This document shows positions 62,322-64,000 of a stretch of 64,000 nt of DNA, in pieces. The first letter of the stretch is position 1. Every line of letters begins with the position of its first letter. The DNA comes from Saccostrea cucullata. Lineage: Eukaryota. The notes below the pieces were generated by a model. The model worked only from the letters and a program-made list of their open reading frames with translations, was not told the origin of the DNA and made no database searches. The DNA lies in the NCBI RefSeq assembly GCF_032062105.1, contig NW_026938156.1, positions 1-64,000 of the forward strand, written 5' to 3'. The translations under genes and the position numbers were made by a program.

Positions 62322-62416
62322 AATATATTCCGTTTTCCGTTCCGTTCCGCTTTCCGTTACGCGTTTTAGCAACACCCCGCAAATGGTGCAGAACTTGCAC
62401 TTGCTGCGGGTGACCA

Positions 62417-62695
62417 GGCTTCGGGGCCACCAACCCTGAGATTTTCTCAAATCTGAGATTTCTCAGAAAATCTGAGTTTTTCTCACCAAACTGTGCCACC
62501 AAACATATATTTTCTCAAACTCAGACTTATCTTTTGAGTTTTTTCCCAAATCTGAGATTTTTTCTCAAGTATGAGATTTTTCTCAAAGAGGTGTGCCACC
62601 AACGTTTTTCCCAACTCATGTGAGAAAAAAATCTGAGATTTCTCAGAAAATCCTGAGATTAATGGATACCAGTCTCAAATGAAATCTCAAAAAAT
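62417..62695. mobile_element. Terminus of a DNA transposon with CTGAGA/TCTCA subrepeats
   Basis: GCCACCAA occurs three times, with many CTGAGATTTTCTCA palindromic motifs; the partner end is not in the window. Confidence 0.55.
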
Positions 62696-64000
62696 TATTT
62701 TATTCTAAAATGATCGCAAATGTTAGGACAGTGCACAATTAAATCCACAAATACACGAAATTAACGTACAGGTTCAAAAAGATAGTTAATTTCCATTTTG
62801 TGAGGGGGGGGGGGGAGGGTCATGTTAATATCGCCACACATGATATCATGAAATTAAAAAAAGAAAGGGATTATTAAGAATTAATTTATCAAATTCATAT
62901 TTAATGTGCTATTTGTGACATATGGCAAAATTAGATGTAATTCACAATCTTCCTGTATAGGAAAGGAAATATGACTAGATAAGATTTCAAGCCTAGCTAT
63001 GCGGCCACATCTTTTGTTTTTCTCCGGTATATAGTTATACACTGTACAGTGTATTTTACGACATGTATTTATTAGCCTAAATATTAATTATGAAATATAA
63101 AATGAAATCTGATTAGATTTATATTTTACAAATATTTATATTCCTTCGAGATAAATATGTAGATCACCTCCATGGATGATATCATTGACTAATTTGCTTC
63201 TTAAATAAATCTATAAAATTTAGATCGACTTTATAACAACAACATGCAGTGACATACATGTAGCATCGTTTTTGAAATCGGGAGGGGGGGGGGGCAGCCA
63301 CAGAAAAGAAATTTAACTTACCTGAAAAAACTTGACAAGCAAAAAAAGAAAAAAAGGAAATAGCCTAAACTCGAAAATAATATTTCATTGGGGGAGGGGG
63401 GGGGGGGCTTCTTTTTTTTTTCAGGGTCACTTTTCCGGTACCAATTTTTCACAATACAATACTACATTACCTCATTTCACTTTACTGTTGCTAAAAGTGG
63501 GGGAGGTTGGTCTTTCAATGAATATGTTCAATAGTAAAAGTTATGTCTGAAAAAAGCCCCCTCTCTCCCAAGTTGCTACGTGCCTGGCATGAGCAATCCT
63601 TGATTGTTCGCGTTTATTTTATTTATAAGAATAAACTTGACTTGTGACCATTCTGAGATAAATGTATAAATCACAATGAAATGCACGGATGGAAAGTTTT
63701 TGAAATAAAAAAATTATCGTTCGCGTGTTTTTAAAAAAATGTTACAAATTCACTACGCAGTGAAACTTGTACACGTATACGAGATTAATCAGTTTCGTAT
63801 GATCATTAGGCCACTCAATTACGCCAGATTGAGTTGGGTTTCCAATGTAACAATGATTATTGGTGAAGTTAGCAATATTTGTTGTTTATCATTAATTTTT
63901 TTTTTTTTTAAAAAATAGTAAAAATTCTTGCGGAGATCATTTAAATCGTCATAGAGGATCATAGAAAAATTAATGGGATGTGTTAGTTTGCTTCTACCAT

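Larger units (their letters stand above)
59670..62377. mobile_element. Mutator-like (9-bp TSD) non-autonomous element with nested insertions
   Basis: CGCAAATGG|GGGTGTTGCTAAAACGCGGAACGGAAAGCGGAA ... TTCCGCTTTCCGTTACGCGTTTTAGCAACACCC|CGCAAATGG. Confidence 0.88.
44309..62416 (-). pseudogene. Decayed multi-exon gene (or gene cluster) of unrecognised family, riddled with insertions
   Basis: Phase-compatible exons: SPAASASSAPFANVEDSILTIFR (across the 59670-62377 element; donor at 59628) joins RKSLKKYEALNRRYI (acceptor 59481). Further exon-like blocks lie at ~56530-56675, ~55350-55470, ~55100-55267 and ~54370-54514. SILYSDFMEGRWFRRRPLIPDFNHYLEAYSL|KFKVLKHFF reads across the 48489-53921 element. The last exon 48302-44309 is split by the satellite. 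In-frame stops and frameshifts are present. Confidence 0.55.

Overview
AT-rich eukaryotic genomic DNA, most likely an oyster-like bivalve (inferred from Helentron/HINE elements carrying ~156-166 bp satellite units and from the repeat families present). Mobile DNA dominates and no intact host gene was found. (1) A mollusc-type Cys-rich adhesion/Methuselah-like GPCR pseudogene (+, 24891-33599) is broken by frameshifts, a 38-bp duplication and a long-TIR transposon. (2) An internally deleted Gypsy LTR retrotransposon (-, ~9.7-13.9 kb) carries nested insertions. (3) A 643-aa Penelope-like reverse transcriptase ORF (+, 50997-52928) lacks the GIY-YIG endonuclease and is followed by a hammerhead-like motif. 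Upstream lies the 3' end of a divergent sister RT with its own hammerhead, and the whole cassette sits inside a TTAA-flanked TIR element. (4) A 120 x 32-bp tandem array (44394-48247) with a 55-unit higher-order duplication appears to have expanded inside the last exon of a decayed, unidentified minus-strand gene. (5) Many non-autonomous TIR elements and HINEs are present, often nested. The best candidate for an undescribed system is the endonuclease-less, ribozyme-punctuated tandem RT cassette. All family assignments were made by eye without database searches.
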